Positions 31,161-40,895 of a stretch of 64,000 nucleotides of DNA are shown here, piece by piece; positions within the stretch are counted from its first letter, which is position 1; every line of letters starts with the position of its first letter. The DNA comes from an uncultured Alphaproteobacteria bacterium (GTDB taxonomy: Bacteria; Pseudomonadota; Alphaproteobacteria; Rhodobacterales; Rhodobacteraceae). The translations under genes were made by a program, and so were the position numbers. Under the pieces are notes generated by a model. That model made no database searches, had not been told where the DNA came from, and saw only the letters and a program-made list of their open reading frames with translations. The DNA lies in assembly GCA_963832275.1 (NCBI GenBank), contig CAWHTQ010000019.1, positions 2,093,337 through 2,157,336 of the forward strand, read 5' to 3'.

Positions 31161-31708
31161 AAGAACCGGTGCAGGGCGCGGGGTGCCATGATCCGCAGGG
31201 CCCGGTCGTTCAGGGCGGTGTGCCGCCAGAGATGGAAGAGGGCATGCGCCCCGACGAGGGCCAGGAGCGCATAGAAGACCGCCCAGTGAACCACGCCCAC
31301 GACCTCGTTCGCCCGGTCGAGCCCCAGGGGCGGCGCGATCGGCACGATGCCCCCGGCCTTCAGCAGCACCGCCGAGGTCAGGCCGAGACCGAAGCCCGTC
31401 AGCGCCAGCACGCCCAGACCGGCGATCAGCGAATGATGCATGATCCGGTGCAGGGCCCGTGCCCAGCCGCGCAGTTTCGGCCCCGGCCGCGAGGCGAGGC
31501 CGCGGCGCATCCAGTCCACCACCCAGAGGAGCGAGAGCGAGGTGAAGATCAGCCCCAGATCGGAATGCAGCGCCACCATCCAGGGCCCCGCCCGCACCGT
31601 ATCCGCCGGGGTGACCACGGCGAACCAGATCAGGAGCGGCAGCATCGACCAGTGCACGACCTTGAGCACGGACCGCCGGTGCGGCAGGTGGCCGGCCAGG
31701 GCGCGCAT
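31157..31708 (-). CDS. Cytochrome b561 family protein
   Basis: 183 aa with 4 TM helices. Conserved His in VVHWSMLP, HSDLG, HHSL and VVHWAV. In-frame ATG at 31708. Confidence 0.75.
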   Translation of the reverse strand: MRALAGHLPHRRSVLKVVHWSMLPLLIWFAVVTPADTVRAGPWMVALHSDLGLIFTSLSLLWVVDWMRRGLASRPGPKLRGWARALHRIMHHSLIAGLGVLALTGFGLGLTSAVLLKAGGIVPIAPPLGLDRANEVVGVVHWAVFYALLALVGAHALFHLWRHTALNDRALRIMAPRALHRFL

Positions 31709-32845
31709 GGCGCGCAGGTCAGGCCGCCGGCGCCGGCGGGGGCGGGGGGGCATGACGGTGAAGAGCTGCGCCAGCTCCATCACGTCCTCGGCGCGTTGCC
31801 AGCCGTCCTGCCCTGCGGTCCAGACGAGGGTGTCGCGCGTCATCTCGCCCTCGCTCGCCATGCGTCCAAGGCGGGCCTTGGAGAAGGGTCCCCGCGTCTC
31901 GCCGGCCTCGGCGATGTGCCAGACATGCTCGACCGGCGGGGGCGGGGGCGGCGCGGCCTGCGCCGGGGAGCCGGCGGGCCGCGGCCCCCAGGGGCCCTGG
32001 GACATCTGGTTGGCCATCGCCATGCCCATGCCCATGCCGAGCCCCGCGCCCATGCCGCCGCCGCCGTTCGGGTTGGCCGCCGCCGCGGTCATCGCCTCGG
32101 CGGCCGAGTACTGGGTGAACTTCCCCAGGTCCCCGGCCATCCCCATCGAGGTGCGCTTGTCCAGCGCGGCCTCCACCGCGGGCGGCATCGAGATGTTCTC
32201 GATGTAGAGCTCGGGCAGGGACAGGCCGTATTCGGCGATCGTCGCGCTGATCGCGCCGGCGACGAGCTTGCCCATGTCTCCGGTGTTCGCCGCCATGTCG
32301 AGGACGGGAATGCCCGATTGCGCGACCGCGCGGGAGAACTCCTGCACGATGATGTTGCGGATCTGGTAGGTGATCTCGGCGGTGGTGAACTCGCCGTCGG
32401 TGCCGACGATCTCGCGCAGGAAGAGGGCGGGGTCCGTCACGCGCACGGCATAGGTGCCGAAGGCGCGGATGCGGACGGGGCCGAACTCCGGGTCGCGCAG
32501 GATGACGGGGTTCTTGGTGCCCCATTTCTGGTTCGTGAAGCGGGTCGTGTCGACGAAGTAGATCTCGGATTTGAACGGGCTGCGGAAGCCGTGGTCCCAG
32601 TGCTGCAGCGTCGTCATGATCGGCATGTTGTTGGTCTCGAGCATGTAGAGACCGGGGGTGAACACGTCTGCGAGCTGTCCCTCGTGGACGAAGACGGCGG
32701 CCTGACCCTCGCGGACCGTGAGCTTGGCGCCGTACTTGATCGCGTGCCCCTGCCGCTCGAAACGCCAGACCATCGTGTCGCGGGCGTCGGACGTCCAGTG
32801 GATGACGTCGATGAACTCGCCCTTGAGGAAGTCGAAGATCGGCAT
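31709..32845 (-). CDS. SPFH/Band-7 (Band_7_1-type) protein with C-terminal DUF4339; no stop codon before cyt b561
   Basis: MPIFDFLKGEFIDVIHWTSD...SPFH core...HVWHIAEAGETRGPFSKARLGRMASEGEMTRDTLVWTAGQDGWQRAEDV (DUF4339/GYF-like). The frame runs through a G7/C7 tract (31744-31750) into cyt b561. With one more C it would end ...TVMPPPPPPAPAA-TGA at 31719-31721. Confidence 0.7.
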
Positions 32846-33041
32846 GGGTCGCACTCCGCTGCGAGGGCCTGGCGCCCCCGGTCCGGCTCTCGCCGTCTCC
32901 GCCCTAGATGTGCGCCAGGGCGCTCCGAGGCAAGCGCCCGAACGCGGCCAGACTTGTACTTTTAGACAGGTTTCTCCATTCGCTTGACGAGACGCGTCCG
33001 AGTCGTGCGATGACCGTGGCACCAGCCGGAGATGGGCCCCG

Positions 33042-34226
33042 ATGAGCCAACACGCTCCCCATGCAGCGCTCAGGCGCCTGATGGTCCTCGCGCCCAGTCC
33101 GTTCGACGGGCGCGGGCCGACGGCGACCTGCGCGCACCTGCTGGATGGGTTCGTCGCCGCCGGGCGCCCGGCGCATCTCTTCGCCAACCGGTTCCGCGTC
33201 CCGCGCTCCGCCTTCGGCGTGACCTACGCGATCCCGCGCTTCGCCGCGCGCGCCCCCTACCGGATGCTCCACCCCGCCGCGCGCCACCTGACCGAGCGGC
33301 GTTTCCTCGCCGCCCTGCGCCCCGGCGACATCGCCTATCTCTGGCCGGACGCCTCGCTGCCCCTGCACCGGCTCCTCCGCGAGCGGGGCATCTACATGGT
33401 GCAGGAGGCCATCAACAGCCGCATGGGATACGCCAAACCGATCCTCGATGCGGCGTACGAGCGCCTGGGCCTGCCTCCGAGCCACACGATCACCCAGCGT
33501 CGTATCGACGAGGAGGAGGCGAAGTACGCGATGAGCGACGCGATCTTCTGTCCCTCGCCGCAGACCGAGATCGCGCTGGACGGGACCGGCCACCCGATGG
33601 CCCGCATCCCGACCAGCTACGGCACGCCCTACGCGCGGGGCCTCACCTCCGAGCGGCCCGAGCGCGGCCCGGGCGAACGGGTGACCTTCCTGTTCGTCGG
33701 CTTCGCCTGCGTCCGCAAGGGCGTGGACCGGCTGCTGGAGGTCTGGAATCGCCTGCCGTCCAACTACGTCCTGCGGATGGTCGGGGACGTGGAGGACGTC
33801 ATCGGCCGCCTCTATGCGGAGGCGCTGGACGCGCCGAACGTCGAGACGCCGGGATATAGCGGCGACATCCCCGGCGAGATGGCCCGCGCGGACGTGTTCG
33901 TGTTCCCCTCCGTGGAGGAGGGCGATCCGCAGGTGACCTACGAGGCGGCGAATGCCGGCCTGCCGATCGTCGCCACCTATGCCGGCGGCGGGCGGTTCCT
34001 CGAGGAGCAGGACTGCGTCGTCGACGTGAGCGCCACGGATCAGGAGGCGCTCGCCGCGATCCTCCTGCGGATCGGCGCCTCGCACGAGGAGCGGATGGAG
34101 CGGGGGCGCGCGTGCCGGGCGGCGGCGCGGCGCTACGACTGGGCGGCGATCTCCGCGCGCCGCTCGGCCGACCTGGACGACCTGACCGGCAGGGCCGCGC
34201 CGACGCGGGACGCGGTGGCGGTCTGA
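33042..34226 (+). CDS. Family-1 glycosyltransferase (GT4-like)
   Basis: C-terminal ...FVFPSVEEGDPQVTYEAANAGLPIVAT... with the E-x7-E motif of GT-B retaining enzymes. Confidence 0.8.
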   Translation: MSQHAPHAALRRLMVLAPSPFDGRGPTATCAHLLDGFVAAGRPAHLFANRFRVPRSAFGVTYAIPRFAARAPYRMLHPAARHLTERRFLAALRPGDIAYLWPDASLPLHRLLRERGIYMVQEAINSRMGYAKPILDAAYERLGLPPSHTITQRRIDEEEAKYAMSDAIFCPSPQTEIALDGTGHPMARIPTSYGTPYARGLTSERPERGPGERVTFLFVGFACVRKGVDRLLEVWNRLPSNYVLRMVGDVEDVIGRLYAEALDAPNVETPGYSGDIPGEMARADVFVFPSVEEGDPQVTYEAANAGLPIVATYAGGGRFLEEQDCVVDVSATDQEALAAILLRIGASHEERMERGRACRAAARRYDWAAISARRSADLDDLTGRAAPTRDAVAV

Positions 34227-34230
34227 CGGC

Positions 34231-35175
34231 TCAGGACCCCGGTGCGGGCGGCACCAGCTCGAGGGCGATGGCGCGCGCGACCGGAGCCGCCTCGGCGGCC
34301 GACATGCCGGGCGTCAGGCGCGGGTCGTAGAGCATCGTCAGGAGAAGCTCGTCATGCCGGGTCAGGAGGGCGAACTCCTCGTCGTCGTTGAAGATGGACG
34401 GCCGCGCCGTCGGGCTGTCATTCGCCAGGCCCAGACCCTGCGCGATCTCCTCGTGATAGCACGACCGGCGCGTCAGGTCGGGGTGCTCGGCGCGCACGAT
34501 CGCGACCGCGCCGGTATAGGTGAAGCGCCCGGGCTCCGAGAAGGCGAGCGCGAGGCAGTAGATGCTGCGCGGGATCTCGGTCGCGGTGCGGATCGACGCG
34601 TCCGAGATGCGCGGGACCAGCTCGCGAAGCAGGGGGCCGGCGGATTGCCGCTCGGCCTCGCCGAGCACGAGGACGTGGAAGTTCGCCCGTGAAGGCTCCG
34701 TCACGCTGACCGGGTGGCCCGTCGCGCGCGAGAGCCGGGCCGCATAGCGCGCGATGTCCGCCAAGTCGTCGCGCCGCCGCTCCGCGGTGACGCCGCCGCC
34801 GAAGGTCACGCCGATGCGCACGGGCTGCGTCCAGCGGCGGAGCTGGGTGCTGGTCGGGCTCTGGATGAGGCGGCCGGTCGAGGTTTCGCGATACTCGTCG
34901 AACAGCGCGATCTCGACGAAGTCGCGCGTCAGGTCCTCGGCGTCGAACGCGGTGTCCGGGCCGCCGCCGTCCTGGCGCAGGAGGCCCTGCGCCTGCAGCC
35001 GGCTTTCCTGGGACGCGTAGAGCGCGATCAGGCGCGGATCGAGCCCGGTGCGCGCGGGCGGCGGCGGGGACGCCGCCGGCGGCCGCCCGGGCGCGGGCGG
35101 GAGGGACGCGCTCGGCGGCGCGGCCGCGCAGCCCGCGAGCGCGAGCGCCGTCACGAGGGCGGCGGTCGTCCTCAC
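34231..35175 (-). CDS. DUF2927-like lipoprotein
   Basis: GTG start, then LVTALALAGCAA lipobox. Conserved FVEIALFDEY...SIYCLALAF... core. GTGA overlap with telA. Confidence 0.55.
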   Translation of the reverse strand: MRTTAALVTALALAGCAAAPPSASLPPAPGRPPAASPPPPARTGLDPRLIALYASQESRLQAQGLLRQDGGGPDTAFDAEDLTRDFVEIALFDEYRETSTGRLIQSPTSTQLRRWTQPVRIGVTFGGGVTAERRRDDLADIARYAARLSRATGHPVSVTEPSRANFHVLVLGEAERQSAGPLLRELVPRISDASIRTATEIPRSIYCLALAFSEPGRFTYTGAVAIVRAEHPDLTRRSCYHEEIAQGLGLANDSPTARPSIFNDDEEFALLTRHDELLLTMLYDPRLTPGMSAAEAAPVARAIALELVPPAPGS

Positions 35176-36366
35176 CCGGCGGGGACCGATCCGGAAGCGG
35201 TCTCGCCCAGCCCGGTCCTGCGCGCCTTGGCGGAGGCGAGCGTCTCGCGCAGCTCGGCCTCCATGCGGCGCAGGTCCTCCTCGGCGGCGGCGCGCTTGGC
35301 CTTGCCCTCGTCGGCGATCGCGAGGCTCTCGTTGATGGTCGCCACCAGGTCGGCGTTCGCCGCCTTCACCGCCTCGATGTCGAAGACGCCGCGCTCCATC
35401 TCGGTGCGGATCGCCTTGTTGCTGTCGCGCAGGTTCTTGGCGTTCGAGCGCAGCAGGTCGTTGGTCAGGTCGTTGGCGCCCTTCACCGCGCTCGCCGCGT
35501 CGGCGCTGCGCTGCATGGCGACGGCCTGCGCCAGCTGCGTCTCCCAGAGCGGGACGGTGTTCACGAGGGTCGAGTTGATCTTCGTCACCAGGGACTTGTC
35601 GTTCTCCTGCACGAGCCGGATCGAGGGCAGGGACTGCATCGTGACCTGGCGCGTCAGCTTCAGGTCGTGGACCCGCCGCTCCAGGTCGTCGCGCGCGGCG
35701 CGCAGGTCGCGCAGCTCCTGTGCCTTCATCACCGCCTCGCCCTCGGGCGCGGCCTGCATCTCGGCCTCCTTGGCGGGGATGTCGGTGGCGTCGACCTCGG
35801 CGAGCTTGGCCTCGCCGGCGGCGATGTAGAGGGCCAGCTCGTCGTAGAAGTCGAGCGTCTTCTCGTAGAGGATGTCGAGCGACTTGATGTCCTTGAGCAG
35901 CACCTGCTCGTGGTCGAGCAGCTCCTCGGTGATCGTGTCGATCTGGTCCTGCACCTCCTCGAACTTGGCGCGGAACTTGGCGATGGGCGCGGCCCGGCCC
36001 AGCAGCTTGTCCCACCAGGTCCGCTCGCGCCCGACGCCCAGCTCCTCGGTGGAGAAGCCGCGGATGTGCGTGACGATGTCGCGCAGGGAGTTGCCGGCGG
36101 GGCCCACGTCCTTGTTGCGCACGCCGGCCAGCATCTCCTGGCTGATCGCCTGGAGCTCGGCCTGCGCGGCGCTGCCGAAGCTGACGATGGAGCCGGTGTC
36201 GCCGATGTCGAGCTCCCCCATCCGGCGGCGGATCTCCTCGTCCGGGGCGGCCGCCTCGCCGATGGCGGGCACCTGCGCGGCGGGCGCGGGCTCGCGCAGC
36301 GCGGCGGACAGGCTCGCCAGCTCGGCGGTCGCCGCGCTGGGCCTTGGTCTTCACGTCGGTCTTCAT
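35172..36366 (-). pseudogene. telA: TelA/KlaB toxic-anion (tellurite) resistance family protein, N-terminal frameshift
   Basis: TelA domain QVPAIGEAAAPDEEIRRRMGELDIGDTGSIVSFG...KLTRQVTMQSLP.... The ATG at 36366 has a GGAGAG RBS, but the reading frame shifts after about 10 codons: MKTDVKTKAQ then AATAELASLSAAL in the other frame. Confidence 0.65.
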
Positions 36367-36367
36367 G

Positions 36368-37262
36368 TCAGCTCTCCACTTTCACGCCCTCGCGCCGCAG
36401 GCGGTCGCGCAGCACCTCGAGCTCGATGTCCAGTCCGGTGCGGTCGTCGAGCATCAGCCGCTCGGTCCGCTGGGCGAAGCCCCCCTCCATGTCGTCGAGG
36501 AAGGCGAGGTAGTCGCGTCGTGCATCGGCATCCCCGGCGCGCGCATAATAGGCCGCGAACTTGTCCGTCGCGTCGCGCGCACCGCGCAGGTAGACGCCGA
36601 GATAGCGCCGCGCCTGCGTCAGGTCGCGGGGATCGGCCTCCACCTGGCGGAACAGCTTTCGCGCCGCGCGCCGCGAAGCTGCTCGATCCGGGAGGTCAGG
36701 GCGCGATCGCCCAGAGCGCCGATCCGGGTCGTCATCTCGGTCAGGATCGCCTCGGCGTCGTCCACCATCCGGGCGACCCGATCCGATTGATAGGTGTCGG
36801 CGCCCGTGGGCAGCTTGTCGCGCATGGGATCGATGCCGAAAGCGGCGAGGTGCAGCGCGCCGCCCAGCACGCCGAAGACGATCGCCCCGAGCACCGGCTC
36901 GACCAGGTCGCGCCGAGCGCGGCGAGGGCGAGGGCGGTCGCGGCCGCGCCGAGCATCTTGCGCGGGATCGCCGGGCGGCGGGCGGCGGCGCGGGCGTCGT
37001 ACGCGACTTCCGCCTTGGCGCCTTCGCGGGTCAGCCATGCGGCGAACGCCAGCAGGCCGCCCGCCGCGGCGTGCAGCGCGACGCCCGCGGGGCCGGCGCC
37101 CAGGGCCGGCAGGGCGGCGACCACCGCCAGCGCCATCAGGATCCACAGGCGCGCGGCGAACGGCGCGCGCCGGCGGCCGTCGAACGGCCGTGCCGGGCCG
37201 GCGGCGTCCACCCGCTCGCGCGGCGTCGCCCTCGGGCGCGTCCGGGCTGTGCGCCCCGCCAT
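36368..37262 (-). pseudogene. XpaC-like (5-bromo-4-chloroindolyl phosphate hydrolysis protein family), two frameshifts
   Basis: Two N-terminal TM helices, then a soluble domain ...DTYQSDRVARMVDDAEAILTEMTTRIGALGDRALTSRIEQL... / ...YLGVYLRGARDATDKFAAYYARAGDADARRDYLAFLDDMEGGF... split across three frames. Adjacent to telA, as for xpaC-yaaN in Bacillus. Confidence 0.45.
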
Positions 37263-37431
37263 AGCGCCTGGCCATCAGGCGCCGCCCCAGGCCGCGTAGA
37301 GCACGCAGGCCGCGAGCAGCGCGAAGGCGATCTTGCGTACGGTCGGTCCGGGCACGCGGGCGCCTCCTGCTGCGTTGCGGCGTGGTCTATCTATGCGCCC
37401 CGCGCACCGGCCCCAAGTCCATAACCGCGCC

Positions 37432-38250
37432 TCACCCGCGCGATTGCGTGCGCCGCTGGGTGTCCAGCTTGCGGCTGTAGCCGGTCTGGATGATCTCCAC
37501 CGCGAAGAGGACGAGGACCGCGAAGTAGAAGGTCGACTTCGACATCGGCACGATCGGGTAGCCGAAGACGCGCACGATGTCCTCGTCGAGATGGGTGGCA
37601 TGCTCGGCGGCGACCCCGGCCTCGCCCAGGAGGACCACGCCGACGATCAGGAGGATGAAGAGGCCCAGCACCTCGAACATGCGGTTCTTCTTGATGAACT
37701 CGGTCACCGCGTCCGCGAGGATCAGCATCGCCGCGCCCGAGAGCAGGATCGCCGTGGCGAGGACCCAGAACACGTCCGTGATCGCGAGCGCCGAGAGCAC
37801 GGAGTCGAAGCTGAAGATCAGGTTCATGAACACGATCAGCGCGACGACCTTGGCCGCGGACTTGCCCCCCTTCTGCGCCACGTCCTCGCCGATATGCTCG
37901 ACCGTCAGGAGATGCCCGATCTCCTTGACGGCGGTGTACATGATGAAGATGCCCCCGAAGACGAAGACGACGGTGGAGAAGTTCACCGCGCCCGTGAGGA
38001 CGCCTTCCCAGGCGAAGCGGAAGAACGGCTCCGACAGCAGCGAGATCAGCGAGATCATCACGAAGAGAAGGACCACGCGCAGCGCCACCGCGATGATGAT
38101 GCCCCAGAAGCGGACCGCCTTCTGATGCGCCAGGGGCGCCCGCTGCGATTCGATGGAGATGTAGAGGAGGTTGTCGAAGCCCAGCACGGCCTGGAGGAAG
38201 ATCAGCATCACGAGATTGCCGAGGTTTTCGGGGGAGAACAGTTCGGCCAT
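37432..38250 (-). CDS. terC: TerC-family integral membrane protein
   Basis: LQAVLGFDNLLYISI and a second repeat FSFDSVLSALAIT, the TerC signatures. Codon usage is visibly less GC-biased than its neighbours. Confidence 0.85.
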   Translation of the reverse strand: MAELFSPENLGNLVMLIFLQAVLGFDNLLYISIESQRAPLAHQKAVRFWGIIIAVALRVVLLFVMISLISLLSEPFFRFAWEGVLTGAVNFSTVVFVFGGIFIMYTAVKEIGHLLTVEHIGEDVAQKGGKSAAKVVALIVFMNLIFSFDSVLSALAITDVFWVLATAILLSGAAMLILADAVTEFIKKNRMFEVLGLFILLIVGVVLLGEAGVAAEHATHLDEDIVRVFGYPIVPMSKSTFYFAVLVLFAVEIIQTGYSRKLDTQRRTQSRG

Positions 38251-38327
38251 CTGGGCGCTCCGCTGCGGATTGTCGCGTCACAACACGGCGGGGCGCCCCG
38301 GGTTGCAACCCCCGGGCGATGCGGGTC

Positions 38328-39134
38328 TCACGGCCGCCGTCGCGGCCCCCGGCTGGTGCGCGGCTTGGCCTTCGCCTGCGGCCCCGGCGGCTCCACGCCC
38401 AGGACCTCGGCGCCGACCTGGTCGATCAGCACGCGGCGCTTGACCTCCTCGACCTCGCCGGGCTTGAGCACGCCGAGGCGGAAGGGGCCGAAGCTGATGC
38501 GGATCAGGCGGTTCACCTTGAGGCCCACGGCCTCCATCGCGCGGCGAATCTCGCGGTTCTTGCCTTCGCGCAGGCCGATCGTGACCCAGGCGTTGGCGCC
38601 CTGCTGCCGGTCGAAGACGACCTCCATCGGGGCGAAGCGCTCGCCGTCCACGGTCATCCCGGCGCGCAGGGGGGCGAAGGTCTCGGGCGCGGGAGACCCG
38701 TTCACCCGCGCGCGGTAGCGGCGCAGCCAGCCGGTGCTGGGCAGCTCCAGCCGCCGCTTGAGCGCGCCGTCGTTCGTGAGGAGGAGCAGGCCCTCGGAGT
38801 TGATGTCGAGCCGTCCGACGCTCATCACCCGCGGCATGTCCGCCGGCAAGGCGGCGAACACGGTGTCGCGGCCCTTCTCGTCGGCCTCGCTCGTGACCAG
38901 GCCCAGCGGCTTGTGATGGAGCCAGAGGCGCGGAGGCTCGGGCGCGGCGAGCGGCTTGCCGTCCACCACGATGCGGTCGGCGGACGTCACGTTGAGGGCC
39001 GCGCTGTCGATCTTCCGCCCGTTCACCGACACCCGCCCCGCGGCGATCATCGCCTCCGCGCCTCGACGGCTGGCGATCCCGGAGCGGGCCAGGACCTTGG
39101 CGATGCGGTCGCCTGGGGGGGTGGGTTCGGCCAT
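38328..39134 (-). CDS. RNA pseudouridine synthase, RsuA/RluB family
   Basis: S4 domain (IAKVLARSGIASRRGAEAMIAAGRVSVNG), catalytic GRLDINSEGLLLLTNDG and a C-terminal basic tail. Confidence 0.8.
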   Translation of the reverse strand: MAEPTPPGDRIAKVLARSGIASRRGAEAMIAAGRVSVNGRKIDSAALNVTSADRIVVDGKPLAAPEPPRLWLHHKPLGLVTSEADEKGRDTVFAALPADMPRVMSVGRLDINSEGLLLLTNDGALKRRLELPSTGWLRRYRARVNGSPAPETFAPLRAGMTVDGERFAPMEVVFDRQQGANAWVTIGLREGKNREIRRAMEAVGLKVNRLIRISFGPFRLGVLKPGEVEEVKRRVLIDQVGAEVLGVEPPGPQAKAKPRTSRGPRRRP

Positions 39135-39192
39135 GGGGCGGGATGCCCCGCCGGTGGTGGACTTGTCCAGCGCATCGCGGCACGGGAGGATC

Positions 39193-39642
39193 ATGGCGTT
39201 CGAGGGCCACATGCAGGCGGCGCTGGCGCAGGCGCGCGCGGCCGCGGCGCGGGGCGAGGTTCCCGTGGGCGCCGTCGTCGTCGCCCCGGACGGGCGCGTC
39301 GTGGCGGCCGAGGGCAACCGCACCCGGGAGTTGGACGACCCCACCGCCCATGCGGAGATCCTCGCCATCCGCGCGGCCTGCGCGGCGGCCGGGTCCGAGC
39401 GCGTGCCGGGTCACGCGCTCTGGGTCACGCTGGAGCCCTGCGCGATGTGCGCGGGCGCCATCGCCGCGGCGCGCATCGCCCGCCTCGTCTACGGCGCCGC
39501 GGACCCCAAGTCGGGCGGGGTCGCCCACGGGGCGCGCGTGCTCTCCCATTCCCAGGCGCACGGCGCCCCGGAGGTGATCGATGGCGTGCGTGCCATCGAG
39601 GCCGAGGCCCTCCTGCGCGCCTTCTTCGCCGTGCGCCGGTGA
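39193..39642 (+). CDS. tadA: tRNA adenosine(34) deaminase
   Basis: HAEILAIR...VTLEPCAMCAGA, the CDA zinc motifs. GGGAGGA RBS. Confidence 0.85.
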   Translation: MAFEGHMQAALAQARAAAARGEVPVGAVVVAPDGRVVAAEGNRTRELDDPTAHAEILAIRAACAAAGSERVPGHALWVTLEPCAMCAGAIAAARIARLVYGAADPKSGGVAHGARVLSHSQAHGAPEVIDGVRAIEAEALLRAFFAVRR

Positions 39643-40196
39643 CCGCCTTGCGGGGGCGCCGGGCGACGGGCAGCCTCCCCGCCATGCCGGACGGCACTCC
39701 ATGATCCGCGACGCCCCGAGGGCCCTCGTGCGCGAGGCGCTGACCGACGGGCGGCCGCGCGGGCAGATCCAAGCTGCGATCGACCCCGCCGCGGGGCCCG
39801 GGGCCGAGAGGGCACGGGTCACTGGCGCCCGGCACGCGGCCCCGGGACGCGCGTCGGTGCCCCGCATGCGGCTCGGCTTCGATGCGGCGGGGGTCCTGCG
39901 CGCCCTCTACCGGCACGGGATCCCGGGAATCCGCGCCTGGCAGGCGGACAGGATCGCGCATGCCCTCGTCGATCTCGTCCCGCCGCGCCGCGGCGGTCCG
40001 GACCGCCCCGACCGGGCGTGTCCTGCGGCGCGCCCTCGCGTCCGTCGGGCGGTCGCGAGGGCGGTGCCGCCCGGCCCGATGCCGGCATGGCTGGCGCCGT
40101 GCCGGAACCGGGCGCGCCGTCGGCCGGCGCTCGCGGTGATCGCCTGGGCCGCCATCGTCGGCGGGCCCGCCTTCCATGCTCTTCCGGGGCGCTGAC

Positions 40197-40895
40197 ATGG
40201 ACTGGTCGGCCGCCATAGACGGCTACTGCGAGCGGACCGACCCATCGTTCTGGTCCGAGCCGTTGAACGCGCTTACGAACCTCGCCTTCGTCGTCGCCGC
40301 CGCCGTGATGTGGCGGCGCACCCGAGGCACGCGCACGGGCGTCCAGGCGGTCCTGATCCTCCTCCTCTTCGCCATCGGGGTCGGCTCGGGCCTGTTCCAC
40401 ACCTTCGCGACGCGCTGGGCCGGGGTCGCGGACGTCGCGCCGATCGCGCTGTTCATCCTGGCGTATCTCTTCGCCGCCAATCGCGATCTCTGGCGCATGC
40501 CGCTCTGGGCCGCCGCCCTCGGGACGGCCGCGTTCCTGCCCTACGCGGCCGCGGCGGGCGGCGCCTTCGCGGCGCTGCCCTTCTTCGCCGTCAGCGCGGC
40601 GTACTGGCCTGTCGCCCTCCTGATCGCGGTCTACGGCCTCCTTCTCCTGCGGGGGGCGCCGCGGACCGGACGCGGAATGCTGATCGGGGCGGCGCTGCTG
40701 ACCGCCTCCCTGGTCGCGCGCTCGCTCGACGGGGCGCTCTGCGCGGCGGTCCCCCTGGGCACGCATTGGTTGTGGCATCTCCTCAACGGCGTGCTCCTGG
40801 GCTGGATGATCGAGGTGCACCGCCGCCACCTGGCCGCGCTTGAAGGCCCCGCGGCGCGGACGGTAACGGGAGCCGTCCGAAGCCCCGGAGGCCCC
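40197..40895 (+). CDS. Ceramidase-family membrane protein; reading frame runs into gatC without a stop
   Basis: [32 protein letters not shown]...[10 protein letters not shown]...HWLWHLLNG, 7 TM segments (PF05875-like). No in-frame stop before the gatC ATG at 40896. TGA and TAA occur in the other two frames at ~40847 and ~40869. Confidence 0.5.

Noticed and set aside
31744-31750. G7 tract as a programmed phase-variation switch
   Set aside because: It is possible but unsupported. Homopolymer phase variation is rare in high-GC alphaproteobacteria and the window has many other indels. It is reported as a finding to verify, not as a feature.
37275-37352. 26-aa hydrophobic micro-ORF (VPGPTVRKIAFALLAACVLYAAWGGA) just upstream of the XpaC-like gene
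   Set aside because: It could be a small membrane peptide, but there is no start or RBS support, it lies within a spurious long ORF, and it cannot be supported from sequence alone.
38251-38327. Possible yybP-ykoY (Mn) riboswitch upstream of the TerC-family gene
   Set aside because: Only 77 nt separate terC from the upstream rsuA stop. That is too short for the ~100+ nt aptamer, and no conserved riboswitch core motifs were seen.
39700-40195. ORF 39581..40195(+) as a real gene between tadA and the ceramidase-like gene
   Set aside because: The composition is Arg/Pro/Ala-dominated with only a short protein-like stretch (MRLGFDAAGVLRALYRHGIPG). There is no RBS or recognisable domain, so confidence is too low to annotate.
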